From the human T2T-CHM13v2.0 reference genome, Homo sapiens, in assembly GCF_009914755.1 (NCBI RefSeq), contig NC_060947.1: a DNA stretch of 64,000 nt; one strand, given 5' to 3'. Below, piece by piece: positions 1 through 18,130 of the stretch. The translations under genes and the position numbers were made by a program. Numbering within the stretch: position 1 is the stretch's first letter; each line of letters begins with the position of its first letter. The notes below the pieces were generated by a model, which did not search any database, was not told the origin of the DNA, and saw only the letters and a list, made by a program, of their open reading frames with translations.

Positions 1-70
1 CCAGGCTGGTCTCGAACTCCAGACCTCAGGTGATTCATCTGCCTCGGCCTCCGAAAGTGCTGGGGATTCA
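1..70 (-). mobile_element. Alu left-arm fragment (runs off window start)
   Basis: ccaggctggtctcgaactcc...gcctcggcctccgaaagtgctgggg is the reverse complement of the Alu left arm. Confidence 0.9.
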
Positions 71-109
71 GCCATTTAAAGTGTATAATTCAATGGGTTT
101 TTAATTTTT

Positions 110-381
110 TCTCTTTAATCAACAAATAAAACTGTATATATCTATAGTGTACAAGATGACGTTCTGCAATATGTATACATTGCGGAATGGCTAAATCAAG
201 CTAATTAACATATGCATTACCTCACATACTTTGAGGTAGGAACACTTCAAATGTACTCTCTTAGCAATTTCAGCAATTTCCAAGTATACAGTGCTTTGTT
301 ATTAACTATAGTCACCATGTTGTACAATAGATCTCTTGAACTTACTCCTCCTGTCTAACTGAAATTTTGTATCCTTTGACT
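110..381 (-). mobile_element. L1MA-type 3' end fragment
   Basis: ttattaactatagtcaccatgttgtacaatagatctcttgaactt...gaaattttgtatcctttgac matches recalled L1MA 3' UTR antisense. Confidence 0.8.
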
Positions 382-768
382 ATGTAATAATTTTAATATA
401 AAAAGTGGACAACCCGAATAAACCAATAACTATTGAAGAAATGTAAAAGGTAACCAAAAATATGCAAAAACGCTACCATGTCCAGAAGGTTTGATGAGAG
501 ATGTCTCCTAGCTCTTTAAAGAACAGGTTCTCTCTTGTTATACTGTTAAAGAACTTACAAATCTATCATTTCCAACTCTCTGTGATGCCAACTAGCAAAA
601 TCCTAACATGAGTACCAGACAAAAAGAGAAAAAATGGAAGGAAGGGAAGGAGTGGAAAAGGGAAAGAGAAAAGTTAACGAAGAAAAGAGTAAGAAAAAAG
701 CTACAAGTCAATCTCACTTATAACATAGATGCTAAAATCTTAAATAAAATATTAGAAAATTGAACCTG

Positions 769-1142
<374 letters not shown>

Positions 1143-2267
1143 TTAGGCTTTAGAAGAACTTAATAAAGGAAGAACTCAAGGCAAGGTGGTAAAGCAACAA
1201 AATAAGATAGACGTGGGGCTAAAGAAAAACTATGTACATGCGATGTATTTAATAAATGTACAGAACAAGAACTATGCTTTCATTTCTGGCAATATTATAC
1301 AATAGCTATCCTTTTAAACACTAGGAGGCATGTATAAAGCCTGGATTCAAAAAGCAATAAATTCCTTTTAAATAGATAGCTGAGTTTGATGAAAGTAAGG
1401 AAACTCGTAGGATCCAAAAATGTAGAGGATACTGAGAATCAGAGTAGTGAGCAGGCAATGATGGTGTCAGCTGCTCTACCCCAGGTTAGTTTCTCAACCT
1501 CAGTAACTAGGACACTACTAAAGTCTATAGGCTGCAGGAGCAAGAAAGACGCCCGGGGCCCAAACAAGGCTGGGATCCTACAAGGGCTACACTCTGAGTG
1601 GAATGGCACCCTAAGATGCACTCCCCACACCAGCAATGGCGATACAGCCATGCACTACGTAACAACATTTCAGTCAATGCCAGACTGCATATATGACAGC
1701 GGTCCCATAAGATTATAATAAAGCTGAAAAATTATTATTGTCCTAGTGACGCAGTAGCCATCGTGATGCCATAGCACAATGCATTACTCACATGCCTGTG
1801 GCGATGCTGCTGTAAACACACCTACTGCGCTGCCACTTGTATAAAAATCCAGCACATACAATTATGTACCGTACCTAAAACTTGATAATGATAATAAATG
1901 ACTATGTTACTGGTTTGCGGATTTACTATACTATAAAATGATTTTATTGTTATGTTAGAGTGTACTCTTTCTACTTATTGAAAAAAAAAAGTTAGCTGTA
2001 AAACAGCCTCAGGCAAGTGATTGAGGAGGTATCCAGAAGAAGGTATTGTTATCACAAGAGTCGACAGCTCCATGCGTGTTATTGACCCTGAAGATCTTCC
2101 AGTGGGACAAGAATTGGAGGTGGAAGACAGTGACATGGATGAGCCTGACCCTGTGTAGGCCTAGGCATTAGCACACATTAGTGTGTGTGCCTATGTCTCC
2201 ATTTTTAACAAAAAAGTATAAAAAGGAAAAAAATCATTTATAAAAATTTTAAATAGAGAAAACCTCA

Positions 2268-2688
<421 letters not shown>

Positions 2689-2750
2689 TTATAAAGTAAA
2701 AGAGTTATAGTAAGCTAAGGCTAATTGATTATTGAAGAAATAAAAAGAAA

Positions 2751-2981
2751 TTTTTTTTTTTTTTTTGAGACAAGGTCTTGCTCTGTCACCCAAGCGATCT
2801 TCCTACCTCAGCCTCCTGAGTAGCTGGGACTACAGGCGCCCATCTCATTTCTATACATTTTGTGGAGACAGGGCTTTCGCCATGTTACCCAGGCTGGTCT
2901 CAAACTCCTGGGCTCAAGAAATCCTTTCACCTTGGCCTCTCAGAATGCCGGGATTACAGGCGTGAGCCACTGTGCCCAGCC
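2751..2981 (-). mobile_element. Alu (J-type) with internal deletion, inserted in Tigger3b
   Basis: Poly-T then gagacaaggtcttgctctgtcaccc joined directly to aagcgatcttcctacc, so part of the right arm is missing. Confidence 0.9.
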
Positions 2982-3571
2982 AAGAAAAAATATTTTTATA
3001 AACTTAGTGTGGTCTAAGTGGACAGTGTATATAAAGTGTACAGTTGTGTACAGTAATGTCCTAGGCCTTCACATTCACTCACCACTCGCTCACTCACCAG
3101 GAGCAACTTCTGGCCCTGCAAGCTCCGTTCACGGTAAGTGTCCTTTACAAGTGTATCTTTTTTTATCTTTTATACCATATTTTTACTATGTATTTTCTAT
3201 GTTTAGAAATACAAATACTTACCATTGTGTGACAGTTGTCTACAGTATTCAGTAGAGTCACATGCTGCACAGGTTTGTAGCCTAGGAGCAATAAGCTATA
3301 CAATATAGCCTAGGTGTGTAGTAGGCGATACCATCTAGGTTTGTGTTAGGACACTCTATGATGTCCGCACCCTATCACCCTAATGATGCATTTCTCACAA
3401 CCTATCCCTGTTGTTAAGCAACACATGACTGTATAAAGATGCTTAATTGACTTGGACTGGCTTAAGTTGGGAAATAAATCTCCCATTACCCATAGGCCTG
3501 CCCTCGTGCAGGTCAAGGTTAGAATATTTATTTTCACCTGCTGCAACCTCTCTGACAAAGGTTACAAATGA

Positions 3572-3900
<329 letters not shown>

Positions 3901-4208
3901 CAGACATTTACTGTCTTTACCTTCTAGATTGTCCTGAAGCAGTTGACACTGGGGTCCACTAGTTCCTCCTAGAAAGTCCCTAGTGCCCCAGCTTCAATAG
4001 CATTGCACTCTCTGGGGCCTCTTTTCATGACCCCTGAATGTTATTTCTGTGTCTCCTTCACGCTCCTCTCTCAATCTCCCTGATTCTCATCCTCAGTCTA
4101 TAACTTCTTAACATGCTCTCTGATTGATACGACTTGACCTCATGCACTTAACCATAAGTGCTTCCTAATCTATGCCCTAGCCCAGAAATGTCCCCTAAGC
4201 TTTAGAAT

Positions 4209-4717
4209 CAATAGGGCTCAAAACATGCTACCCCAAAGTATGGCACCTTGGCATATTGAATATTTTAAGCTGAAAGAATTTGAGAAACAGCAGGTACAGA
4301 AAGGACTCTCTGACCTTCCCCTGAAGCAGGTCTGAAGACCCTCATGTGAGAGGTGCCCTCCCTAGACCTAGAAGAAAGAGGCATCCTTATCTCCGAAGAT
4401 GGGACACCAAGAAGAATCCAAATGAACAGGCCTTGCTAAATTTCCCCCGGTTAACTATCCTTAGCTTATACCGCTTTATCTTATCACACTTTTTCATGAC
4501 TCTTCACTCTTTATCACACCAGTATAAAGATGCTCAGGTTTAATGATTTCTTTGCTCTTCATTTCCTTCTGAAGACTCTCATGTCATATAAAACTTATAT
4601 TTAGTTAATATGTATGCTTTTCTCTTGTTAATCTGTCTTTTGTCAACCTAATTTATTGAGCCCCAAACAGAGAACCTAGGAGGGTAGAAGAAAAAAAATA
4701 TTTTTTCCTCCCCTACA
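4209..4717 (+). mobile_element. ERV1 solo LTR, MER34/MER39-like
   Basis: Starts ...agggctcaaaacatgctaccccaaagtatggcaccttggcatattg, ends ttcctcccctaca; 4-bp TSD gaat (4205-4208, 4718-4721). Confidence 0.75.
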
Positions 4718-5750
4718 GAATACCCCATCCAAATTCCTGCTGCATGGGCCCGCTTGGGTGGTCCATTGGCCCCTGTAATCCAAAAAGTCCAAAACAGTGC
4801 TCATTACACTTTCCCCTGAAATTTATCTCCTGTCTTTCATCTCAGCAAAAGACACACAACCAGAAACCTGAGGATGAACCTATGGCTCTCCTCTCACCCT
4901 CCACAGCAATCAAACACCAAGCCCTGGTAATTCCACCCACTAAAATATGCTTCAAACCCACCACTCATTTCTCTACTCCTGCTTTCATTGCTTTAATTCA
5001 ATCTAAGAATCGTAGCAAAAGACCTCCCAAGCGGTCTCAGCTTCTAGTCTTGCCTGCCTCGCATCCATACCTGGTACCACCTGAATGATTTACCTAAATT
5101 GCAAATCTGACCACGTCACTTTCTTTTTCACAACCCTTCCATGGTGCCTCATTTCCTGCTAAGCTCCCTAGCATGGCATGGCTGGCTTGGAGTAGCGAAG
5201 AAGCCCTTCTTGAGCTGGCCTTTGGACACCTCTCTAGTATCTTTCCATACTGACTATACCCAGCACTGTACCTATACTGACTGTATCTATCCACAAAATG
5301 TATAGAAATGAACTGGGCGCCTGTAGTCCCAGCTACTCAGGAGGCTGTGGTGAGAAGATCGCTTGGGTGGCAGAGCAAGACCTTGTCTCAAAAAGCACGT
5401 TATTCACCAGTAATCCTAGCGAGGCTTGCAGTGAGCCATATAAACCACGTCGTTTCTTATCTCTAACCCTTCGCTCATGCTGGAACCTCTGCCTTTCCTG
5501 CCCCCAGCCTCCTGGTCAATTACTATTTGTCCTCCTTGTCATGCCAGGGCTCTCTCTTCTAAGAGACCTCCTCCTCTGTTCCCATTGTCCCCTGTGCATA
5601 CTGCCAGCATACATGTTTTGTCCATGAATATGTTTTTCTCTCCAGCTGAGCTAAAAAGTCCTTGAGGGAATAGACCCCATCCTGTTCAACGTTGCATCTT
5701 AGCATATAGTAGAAACTCAATAGGCTTTTGTTGTCTGAATTGAATCTGAA
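4718..5750 (+). mobile_element. Degraded L2 3' region with a small Alu remnant (~5310-5395)
   Basis: L2-like ctaaattgcaaatctgaccacgtcacttt and 3' end tagcatatagtagaaactcaataggcttttgttgtctgaattgaat. Confidence 0.6.
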
Positions 5751-6977
5751 ACACAGAGAGTAAAATTTTTTAAATCAAGTAATGACATAATTGATTTTAT
5801 AAAAATGAGAAATGCTCTTTATTTTTAAAAACTCAAGAAATACATCAAAGTACAAATCCCCCAGAGTCTCATCAGGTGGAATTAGCCAATGTCAACAGAT
5901 CCAATGATGGATATAGAGAATATAACACATCCAGACACCCCGAAGTAATTTCATAAGAATACAGTTGGACTAGACATGCTATGTCTAACAAAACATATGA
6001 AATTTAATAATAGTTTAATTTAACTTGAGAAAAAAACCTGAAGTGAATCTGCAGGAATTTTCTGAACCATCCATGAAGTGTTCCTTCACCACAAGCAATA
6101 TTAGCAAGTTTTAAAAGTGATTCAAACTCCCAGGCAAATGATCTGCACTTGGCAGAGTAGTTAACAACTTCAATTATTGTGTAACTTTGGGATTGGCTAG
6201 GGAGTTCCCAGGAGGATGGAAAAGTTTTACCTAGAGACAAAATGTATTGAGTCAAGCAATAGGGAGTTCAAAAACAATTATTATTAAGAGTCTCACTGTT
6301 TTTTTAACTTCACGAAATTGGTTTTCATTACTTTCACTCTTGGTTCAATAAAAAGGCTTTTAAATTGGATGTTTTTTTAGAATTTAATAAGCTCCTTTAA
6401 AGTGATGCAAATATTTCTTAAATCCTGAAATAAGCTTTCCACTGCATTCAGATGTGCCCAACTGAAAAGTTAATTCCAATCAATGGCATTTAACAGATGT
6501 ACCTAATTGAAGGATTACTTAGTGGGCACTTTACAGCATGCAATCTAAGAGAACCACCACCCCCGCTTTTCAGGAACTTACAATCTGGTAGAAATGTGTT
6601 CATTCCTCCCTTAAATATTTTTCACAAAAGATGACAGTGTGCCTGGTATTATGCAATGCGTGATGGTTGTGATGTCTATGTCTTACCTAAAGTAAGTGGA
6701 GGGTTAAGAGGTTACTTTGAATTGATACAGTCATGGAACTCAAACAACTTATCTGTTAAGCCTCCATCATTATGCCTTCCTCCTTTATCCCCTTCAGAAG
6801 AGTTAGCTGATCTGCTTGCTCTCTTCCCTTGCCACCATGTGCATGTGTGGATTATAGCATGCTCTATATTACCCATCTCTCTTCCCTGTGGGACTATGGA
6901 TATCTGGAGGGCAAGGCTAAGCCTTGGACATGTTTGCACTGATAACCTAGAGCAGTGTCTGACATTAAATATTTGAT

Positions 6978-7090
6978 GAAAGAAAGAAAAGAAAAGAAAG
7001 AAAGAAAGAGAAAAGAAAAGAAAACAAGAAAGAAGGAAAGGAAAGGAAGGAAGGAAAGAAGGGTGGATAGATGAATGGATGGATGGATGA
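6978..7090 (+). repeat. Purine-rich simple repeat (GAAA/GGAA/GGAT)n after an L2 3' end
   Basis: Directly visible tandem units. Confidence 0.9.
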
Positions 7091-7216
7091 CTTAATGAAT
7101 GGGGTTGGCATTAGAGAATGGCCTTAAAGAGTGAGTGGACTTCCAATATGTGGACATGGTGAAAAGAACATTCCAGATAAAAGGAAAAACATAAGGAAAA
7201 GCCCAAGACTCATTCA

Positions 7217-7710
<494 letters not shown>

Positions 7711-8215
7711 TTATCAGCCAGTAGAGATCTACTCTATAGAATGGTAAAGGAAGGTAAAATGAGGCAGGTGGACAGGTTGGGAGATTATTACAAACATATG
7801 AGAACAGATGAGAAATAACAAGGGAGATTTGAAGTGAATATGGAAGACAAATTATATACATGAATGTTCAAAACTAAACAACAGATTGGATTTGGAAAAT
7901 GAAAGAGAAAGACCCGAAGATAACTCAGATTTGGTGTCTGATGAAAGCATGAACAGTAGCATTAATAACAGAGACAGGAAAGTCATAAGGGAAACAAGTG
8001 TGAGATCAGTGTTGCCAAGAATTTTTCAATTGCCTGGTCTCACAACTTCAGAGTAAATGGCGGCTTCTGTTTTAAATAAACTGATTTTGAGATCGAGATT
8101 CCTTTCAGGAATTCACAAGAAACCAGCCAATCCTCAGGTCTTCCAGACTCAGCATTCTACTACAAATGGTTTCCAGACTGAACCAAAGGGTCCTGCTTCA
8201 TAGATGCTGCCTAGA

Positions 8216-8420
8216 AAGAGTGATGGAGTGGTTAAGAGCCTGGACTCTGAAACCAGATTGTCTGAGTTTCAATCCCAGCCTCTATCCTCATGAGTAATGT
8301 GGTCTTGGACTGCTTACCTAGCCTCTTTGGGCCTCAGTTTCCTCATCTTTAAATGGAGATATTACCTATACCATAGTCTGAGGATTAAACTAAATAGTAA
8401 ATGCTTAATAATTGTTAACT
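8216..8420 (+). mobile_element. MIR
   Basis: gtggttaagagcctggactctg...gggcctcagtttcctcatctttaaatggagat MIR core. Confidence 0.85.
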
Positions 8421-9128
8421 ATCTTATTTCCTAAGGGAGGGAATAGAAAGAAAAGAGGGCTATGGATAGAATATCATGGAATGAACACATTTAAGGGGTG
8501 GGAGGTGGAAGGAAAGCCACAGAAGAAAGTAGAGAAGGGACAGAAAAACTGGAAGGTGGATAATAGAGTGCAGAGTCCTAGAAAGCAAAGAAAGAGAGTC
8601 TCTCAAGAAACAGGAAGGCAACAGCTTCAGACACTGCAGAGAGTTGAAGGTGAAAAGGCCACTGTATTTGCTAAGTAGGAGGTCCTTGTTGATCTTTAAG
8701 AGACCAGAGCCACTGGCCCATAGTACTTTCTTGTTACCTGGTTTGCCTTAAAGTAGTACAACTGTTAGCCCTTTGCTGCTTCCTCTGTGATCATGTTTGG
8801 TCAGTTTCTAAAAAGATGAAATATTGTGTAATGAGATATTGTCTGGCTCCACAGCAACAGCTAGAACAGTAATGCTCAACTTCAGATTTTCAAAATTCCA
8901 GGACTTGTGTTTTTATACAGTAATAATAATAATACAAACTCTCAATGATGATGATAATTACTAAAAATCAAAAGTAATATAATGCTCTACAGTTTTCAAA
9001 AAATTTTCAAGATCGTTCAGTTATATCTCAGAGTACCACAATTCGTAAAAGATTTGTGTCCCTCAAACACAAATATATTTGATCTATGAATTAAATAGAT
9101 GCCTAATGATTCATTTAATATTATGCGA

Positions 9129-9404
9129 TGATGGAGTTCAGAACACACTATCCCCAAAATATGGCACCTTGGCATGTTCAATGTTTTAAGCCGAAGGAAT
9201 TTGAGAAACAGCAGGTACAGAAAGGACTGCTCAGGTTTAACAGTTTCTTTGGGTTTTTATTTCCTTACGAAGGTTCCATGTCACATAAAACTTACATTAA
9301 ATACATTTGTGTGATTTTTTTCCTGTTAATTTCACTTTGTCAGTTCAGTTTTTAGACCCAGCCAGAGACACTAAGAGGGTGGAAGAAGTTTTTCCTCCCC
9401 TATG
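9129..9404 (+). mobile_element. Second MER34/MER39-like solo LTR with ~220-bp internal deletion
   Basis: Shares 32 identical nt (gaatttgagaaacagcaggtacagaaaggact) and both termini with the LTR at 4209-4717. Confidence 0.75.
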
Positions 9405-9642
9405 GTAAACAATCATCTCTGGGTCCCTGCTTTGTGTCACCTACTTAGGTATGCTTTGGGAATTGGTGGATCGTTAGATATAGTCTTGAACCTCAAAGTT
9501 CTGGAGAGAGAGAGAGAGAGAGAGAGAAGCCATCTTAATGTAACATGATCAGTATACAGAAGAGGTGGGCACAAAATACAACGTGCAAAGTGATAAAGGA
9601 AGGACCCACTTAGCCTGGCGGTGTTTAGAAGGCCTCTCTGAG

Positions 9643-10796
<1,154 letters not shown>

Positions 10797-10797
<1 letters not shown>

Positions 10798-11697
10798 CAG
10801 AATTTATAGGGAACTTAAACAACATGCAAAAAAAAAACACCCAAATAACCCCATTAAAAATGGGTGAAGGACACGGACAGACACTTCTCAAAATAAGACA
10901 TATCAGCAGGCAACAAACATATGAAAAAAATGCTCAACATCACTAATCATCAGATAAATGCAAATCAAAACCACAATGAGATACTATCGCACACCAATCA
11001 GAATGTTTATTATTAAAAAGTCAAAAAACAGCAGATGCTGGCAAGGTTGTGGAGAAAAGGGAATGCGTATACACTGTTGGTGGGAATGCTAATTAGTCCA
11101 GCCACTGTGGAAAGCAGTCTGGAGATTTCTCAAAGAACTTAAAACAGAGCTACCATTCGATCCAGCAGTCCCATTACTGGGTATCTACTCAAAGGAAAAT
11201 AAGTTATTCTACCAAAAAGATACATGTACTCATATGTTCTTTGCTGCACTATTCACAATAGCAAAGACATGGAATCAACCCAAGTGCCCATAAATTGTAG
11301 ATTGGATAATGAAAATGTAGTATATATACATCATAAAATCCCACACAGCCATAAAAAAGAATGAAATCATGTATTTTGCAGCAACATGGATGCAGTTGGA
11401 GACCATACTCCTAAGCGAATTAATGTGCGAACAAAAAACCAAATGTTCTCCCTTATAAGTGGGAGCTAAACCCTGGGTACACATGGACTTAAAGATGAGA
11501 ACAATAGACACTGGGAACTACCAAAGCGGGGAGGGAGGGGGCAGCAAGGGTTGAAAAACTATCTATTGGGTACTATGCTTACTACCTGGGTGATGGGATC
11601 CATACTCCAAGCCTCAGCATCACACACTATTCCCATGTGACAAATCTGCCTATGTACCCTCTGTATCTAAAATAAAAGTTAAATTTTTTTTTACAAA
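10797..11697 (+). mobile_element. Sense 3' segment of the same L1PA15/16-like element (ORF2 end and 3' UTR)
   Basis: gacacttctcaaaataagac...gagctaccattcgatccagcagtcccattactggg...tgtatctaaaataaaagtt. Confidence 0.9.
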
Positions 11698-11743
11698 AGA
11701 AGACTGCACTGAGGAGGAGACATCTGAAATAAATTTTGAAGGC

Positions 11744-12159
11744 TGATATGGTTTGGATGTTTGTCCCCTCCACGTCTCATGTTGAAATATGATCCCCAAT
11801 GTTGGAGGTGGGGCCTAGTGGGAGGTGTTGGGGTCACGTGGCCAGATCCCTCACGAATGGCTTGGTGCCTCCTTGAAGTAATGAATGACTTCTAACTCAG
11901 TTAATTCATGCAAGATTGGGCTGTTTAAAAGCGTGTGGCACCTTCCCCTCTCTCTTGCTCTCACCCTTACCATATGACATGCTGGCTTCCCATCGCCTTC
12001 CACCATGATTGGAAGCTTGCTGAGGCTGCACCAGAAACAGATGCCAGCACCATGCTTCCTCTATAGCCTGCAGAACCGTGAGCCAAATAAATCTCTTTTC
12101 TTTATAAATTACCCAGGCTCAGGTATTCCTTTATACCTACGCAAGAACAGACTAACACA
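11744..12159 (+). mobile_element. MaLR solo LTR (MSTB-like)
   Basis: tgatatggtttggatgtttgtcccc...agactaacaca; TG...CA ends; 5-bp TSD aaggc/atggc. Confidence 0.85.
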
Positions 12160-12552
12160 ATGGCTGAGTAGAGATTTGCCAGGTGGGAAAGAGAAAAAAA
12201 GAAATCTCAGACATTCCTCTTTTTTAGAAAGTCTGGCAGGTGACTTGACAGGGAAACAGAATATTCCCAAAAGGTGGCAAGTGCCTATGGATTTTTTCAT
12301 CAAGTCAGTTACAATATTCTAATACTTTAAGTTTAGACAGAAATGGCTGGCTTATTTGGGGGGAAATTTTAACTTCTAGCTATATTTTGTTTTGTAGGAC
12401 TATGTATGTAACAATGAAATTTGTTTTTAAACGCCGGCTCTTCTGTGACTGGATATTTGCAGCACATCCAAGAGGAAAATATGCTAGGAGAGGGTATGAG
12501 AGTATTAAATAAGAATAATTTTCAAGTAAGGTTGTAAAAGCATCCAAACTGC

Positions 12553-13109
12553 TGTTGGAGGAGTGGGGGACCCCAAAGACTATCCTCAGTTTCCATAATT
12601 TGCTAGGAGGACTTACAGGACTCAGCATACCGTTATACTCATGGTGCGGATATATCACAGCCAAAAGACCCAAAGCAAAATCAGCAAAAGCAAAAGGCAC
12701 ATGGGGGTGAAGTCTGGAGGAAACCAGGAGCAAGCTTCCAAGAATCTTCACCCAGTGGAGTCACAAGGGATGTACTTGATTTCCCCAGCAATGAGTTCTG
12801 AAATGTCTACCAGGGAAGCTTATTAGAAATTCAGCACCCAGGGCTTTTCCTGGGGGGCTGGTCATGGAAGTACCCCTTGCCTGGCAGGTACCCAAATTCC
12901 AGACTCCCAGAAGGAAAGCAGATAGATGTTCAGCATAAACCGCATTGCTTGCATGAAGTTTAGGCACAGTGAGCCACTCTTACCAATTCTAGAAATGGTG
13001 GGAACCCTCCTGAAATTCAAGTTCTGGGATACCAGCTAAGAGCCAACCTTGTGAGCAAGCCTTTCTAAGGATAAGCAGTTAGGACTCTATGTTAACTCTT
13101 TACTGCACT
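12553..13109 (-). mobile_element. ERVL solo LTR (MER68/MER77-like)
   Basis: Reverse complement begins gtgcagtaaagagttaacatag...atccttagaaaggcttgctcacaaggttggc; ~560 bp. Confidence 0.75.
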
Positions 13110-13187
13110 GAGGTAACAGTTTATCTCATGGGTGCTTTTTTTTCTCTCCTCGTGGCTTGTGTCATTATTCCCATCTCTTAAGATCTA

Positions 13188-13649
<462 letters not shown>

Positions 13650-14417
13650 CTAAGCATTTTGGGTTGCAGATGTCTGTCTGAAGTCTTTCCTTTATGGCTA
13701 ATACATTTTGAAGCCCTTACCCAGATGAGTAATTACAAGAAAGTGCAGTGGCCCACTGTTTCTGTTTTAAAATCATTCCCCACCCATTAGAATTTGCTTC
13801 AGCTGCTTTTAATATCAATTTTTATATGCAGGTACTTAGTAAAATAACAAAAATAAAAATACACCTCTGGGCAACATTTCTTCTTCACTTCAGTCACTTT
13901 TTTTTTTTAAGTCCACACCTCATCTGTTGTGTGTGGAATTGCAACTACATTTTTAGTACTGAGTTTGCGTATGGGTCTGATTTTTACCTCTTTTTTTCTT
14001 TGCTGTGTAGTTGATGTGTCTGTAACATACAATCCTATATAAAGCAAAGTCAAAGCTTCCAAGGCAAAGAAATATTTGAAATCAATCATAATCACATCTT
14101 ATTCAAATAAGGCTCTTACTTCCTGAGAATTCTTCTATATCATCTGGTGCCCAAATCTTGCAGATCAATGGCCTTCAACTTTTACTCCTGGGAGATTATT
14201 TCAAATAATGACTCTCTTGCACATGCTCTTCTTCAAATCCTTATCTTCCCCAAATTTATTTAAATTGACTATGTATTCATTTTTTATTTATTCGTGGACT
14301 AAACATTTATTTAATGTCTATCATATGCCTTCTGGGTATTGGAGATACAAATATTAAAGAAAACAAAGTCACTGTGCTCAAGGAGTTAAAAGTCTAATAG
14401 GACAATTAAACAGGTTA

Positions 14418-14745
<328 letters not shown>

Positions 14746-15307
14746 AACAGGTTAAAAAAACACAAATGTCTAAAGCACCAGGTATACAGGACATGGAGTA
14801 AGTAGAGGAGATAGAGTTTAAGTGGATCAGAAAAGGTTTCAGATACATGAATTCAGTTTAGAAAGATAAGTAGGAATTCATCAGAGAAACCCCAATATTC
14901 CACATGTACAGCGACCCAAAGAATGAAAACAAATGGCATATTCAAGGAATTGTCACTAACTTAGCTTGCCAAAGGGTAGGGCAAGTGGCAGGAGGTAAAA
15001 CTGAAAACATTGTCAGAGGCCAGATTGTGTAGGGACTTGGAAACTATGCTTGCGAATTTTGATATTGTCCTGTAGGCAATGTTTAATCCCGGAAGAATTT
15101 TAAGCAAGAAAGAGATGTGTTGAGGTTTATGTTAGGAAGAAATATCTCTTGGGACACACTAAAGGGGGTTGGAATGGAAGACATTGAGTCCATTTGGGAA
15201 GATGCTGGCTAATCCCAGTGGGGGATTATGTGGGCCTGACCTGTTGTGACTAAGAATTACTTATTCGTAATTTAAGTCCGCATTTTAAGCTGTATTCAAA
15301 ACAGAGA

Positions 15308-15639
<332 letters not shown>

Positions 15640-15734
15640 TCATGATTGGCTTGGATAAAATCTGGAAAATGCTACCTCTCAGGGTCATCTTGAGGCTCAT
15701 AAGGGTAATGGAGAAGAGATTGAGGACCACGTGA

Positions 15735-16086
<352 letters not shown>

Positions 16087-16258
16087 TAATTTTTTTTTAA
16101 TTGACTTTTTCACTGGACAAAAATAATTCATGAATAAATTTTAGTTGTAAAAAAAAGTTCAAATTCCAAAGTCCACTTTAAAAATCGAAAGTTCCACCCT
16201 ATTCTACTTTCATCTTCTAAGCAACCAGTGCTAGGAATTTGTGTATCTCTTGCCATAA

Positions 16259-16784
<526 letters not shown>

Positions 16785-17829
16785 GACCTCATTTTTTCTA
16801 ACCAAGGCACAGAATTCCACAGTATGGCTAAACCATAAATTTAACCAGTCCACTACTAATGTACATCAAGGTTATTATTATTATTATTAACATTACTATT
16901 ACAGAGTGCTGTAATTCCCATTCTTGCACATTTATCTTTGAATGAATGTATAAGTGTTTCTGCATAATAAATTTCTACTAGTAAAATCAAGAGTATGTAT
17001 CTTAAACTTTCATAAGTAACACTGGGTATGTCTCTTGCCCAGTGATTCCCAGTTGGGTGAGGGAGAGCTGCCTCTCTGCGTTGCCTGGGAAACATGTCAA
17101 AACCACTGGTGCCCATTTCCCCTGGGCCATGCTCACCCCCATCAGACCCTGGAGGGTAGGGAGAAGGGGAGAAGCAATGTGTGTAGTTCCCTGGGTGATT
17201 TTGTTCCAGGTCTTCCTCTCTTGAGGACCATTGCTATGGCTTTTCTAATTAGATTGATGCTCTGAGTTAATTCACTTCCCACTGGAGAGAGTTTGGTTGA
17301 CCACAATCCCTGTGAGAGAAAACGTTCCTTTAATATTTACAGGTCCTGTATTCCTTAAGAAGCAATTCTTTTTCCCCCAGAGTCAATGTTGTTTATTGAA
17401 CATGCCTGATTCAACAGAATAGCATGAACATAGGTCAGTGATGATCCATGATCCATGAAGCAAGAGAGAACCCAGAGGGTTATGTATTTCATCTCCAGGC
17501 CTCTGGTCAAAACCATATTTAAACCACCCTAGCAGGGTCAGGATGAGGGCCTTCTTGCCTTGTCTTCATCCTGGCCCTGTACTCCAAACAACTTTCCTGA
17601 AAACTCAATGAGAATGTAAATTTATTTTTGGAAAAACAAACAAGGTAATTGACAAAACAGTATAGCTGTTCTCAACAAGACAGGAACCTAGAAATGGACA
17701 TAAAAGGCAAAGAGACTGTTAAACCTTTTAACAACTTTCACGTGAACAATGTAATCTTTCTGTAACTTCCCTGAAAAAGAAAGTGTAACCTCAAGAGGCA
17801 AAGCACTTTACTAGAATTCAAAGGCCCAA

Positions 17830-18130
17830 GATTTAAAAGAAAGGACTAAACTTGAGAAACTGGGATTAATTATCTAAGAAGGGAGAAAAATGAAAGGTAG
17901 GAATTTAAAAATAAAAAAATAAAAGCTTCCAAGCACAAGAAACACAATGGTATGAAGGATGATCAATAGCTGCTTTCTGTTTTCACCGTGGATGAGTCCC
18001 TTAGACATAGATTTGAACTATACATGAAAGAAGATTTACAAATTTCTTGAAGTAAACCTTCATTATAGTTAAAGCATTTAGATGCATTTAAAAGGGAGAT
18101 AACAGATTATCCTTACTTTTCAGAATGAGA
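17830..18130 (+). mobile_element. Probable CR1/L3 remnant
   Basis: gagaaactgggattaattatctaagaagggagaaaaatga...gatcaatagctgctttctgttttcacc resembles recalled L3 3' ORF2; very diverged. Confidence 0.45.
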
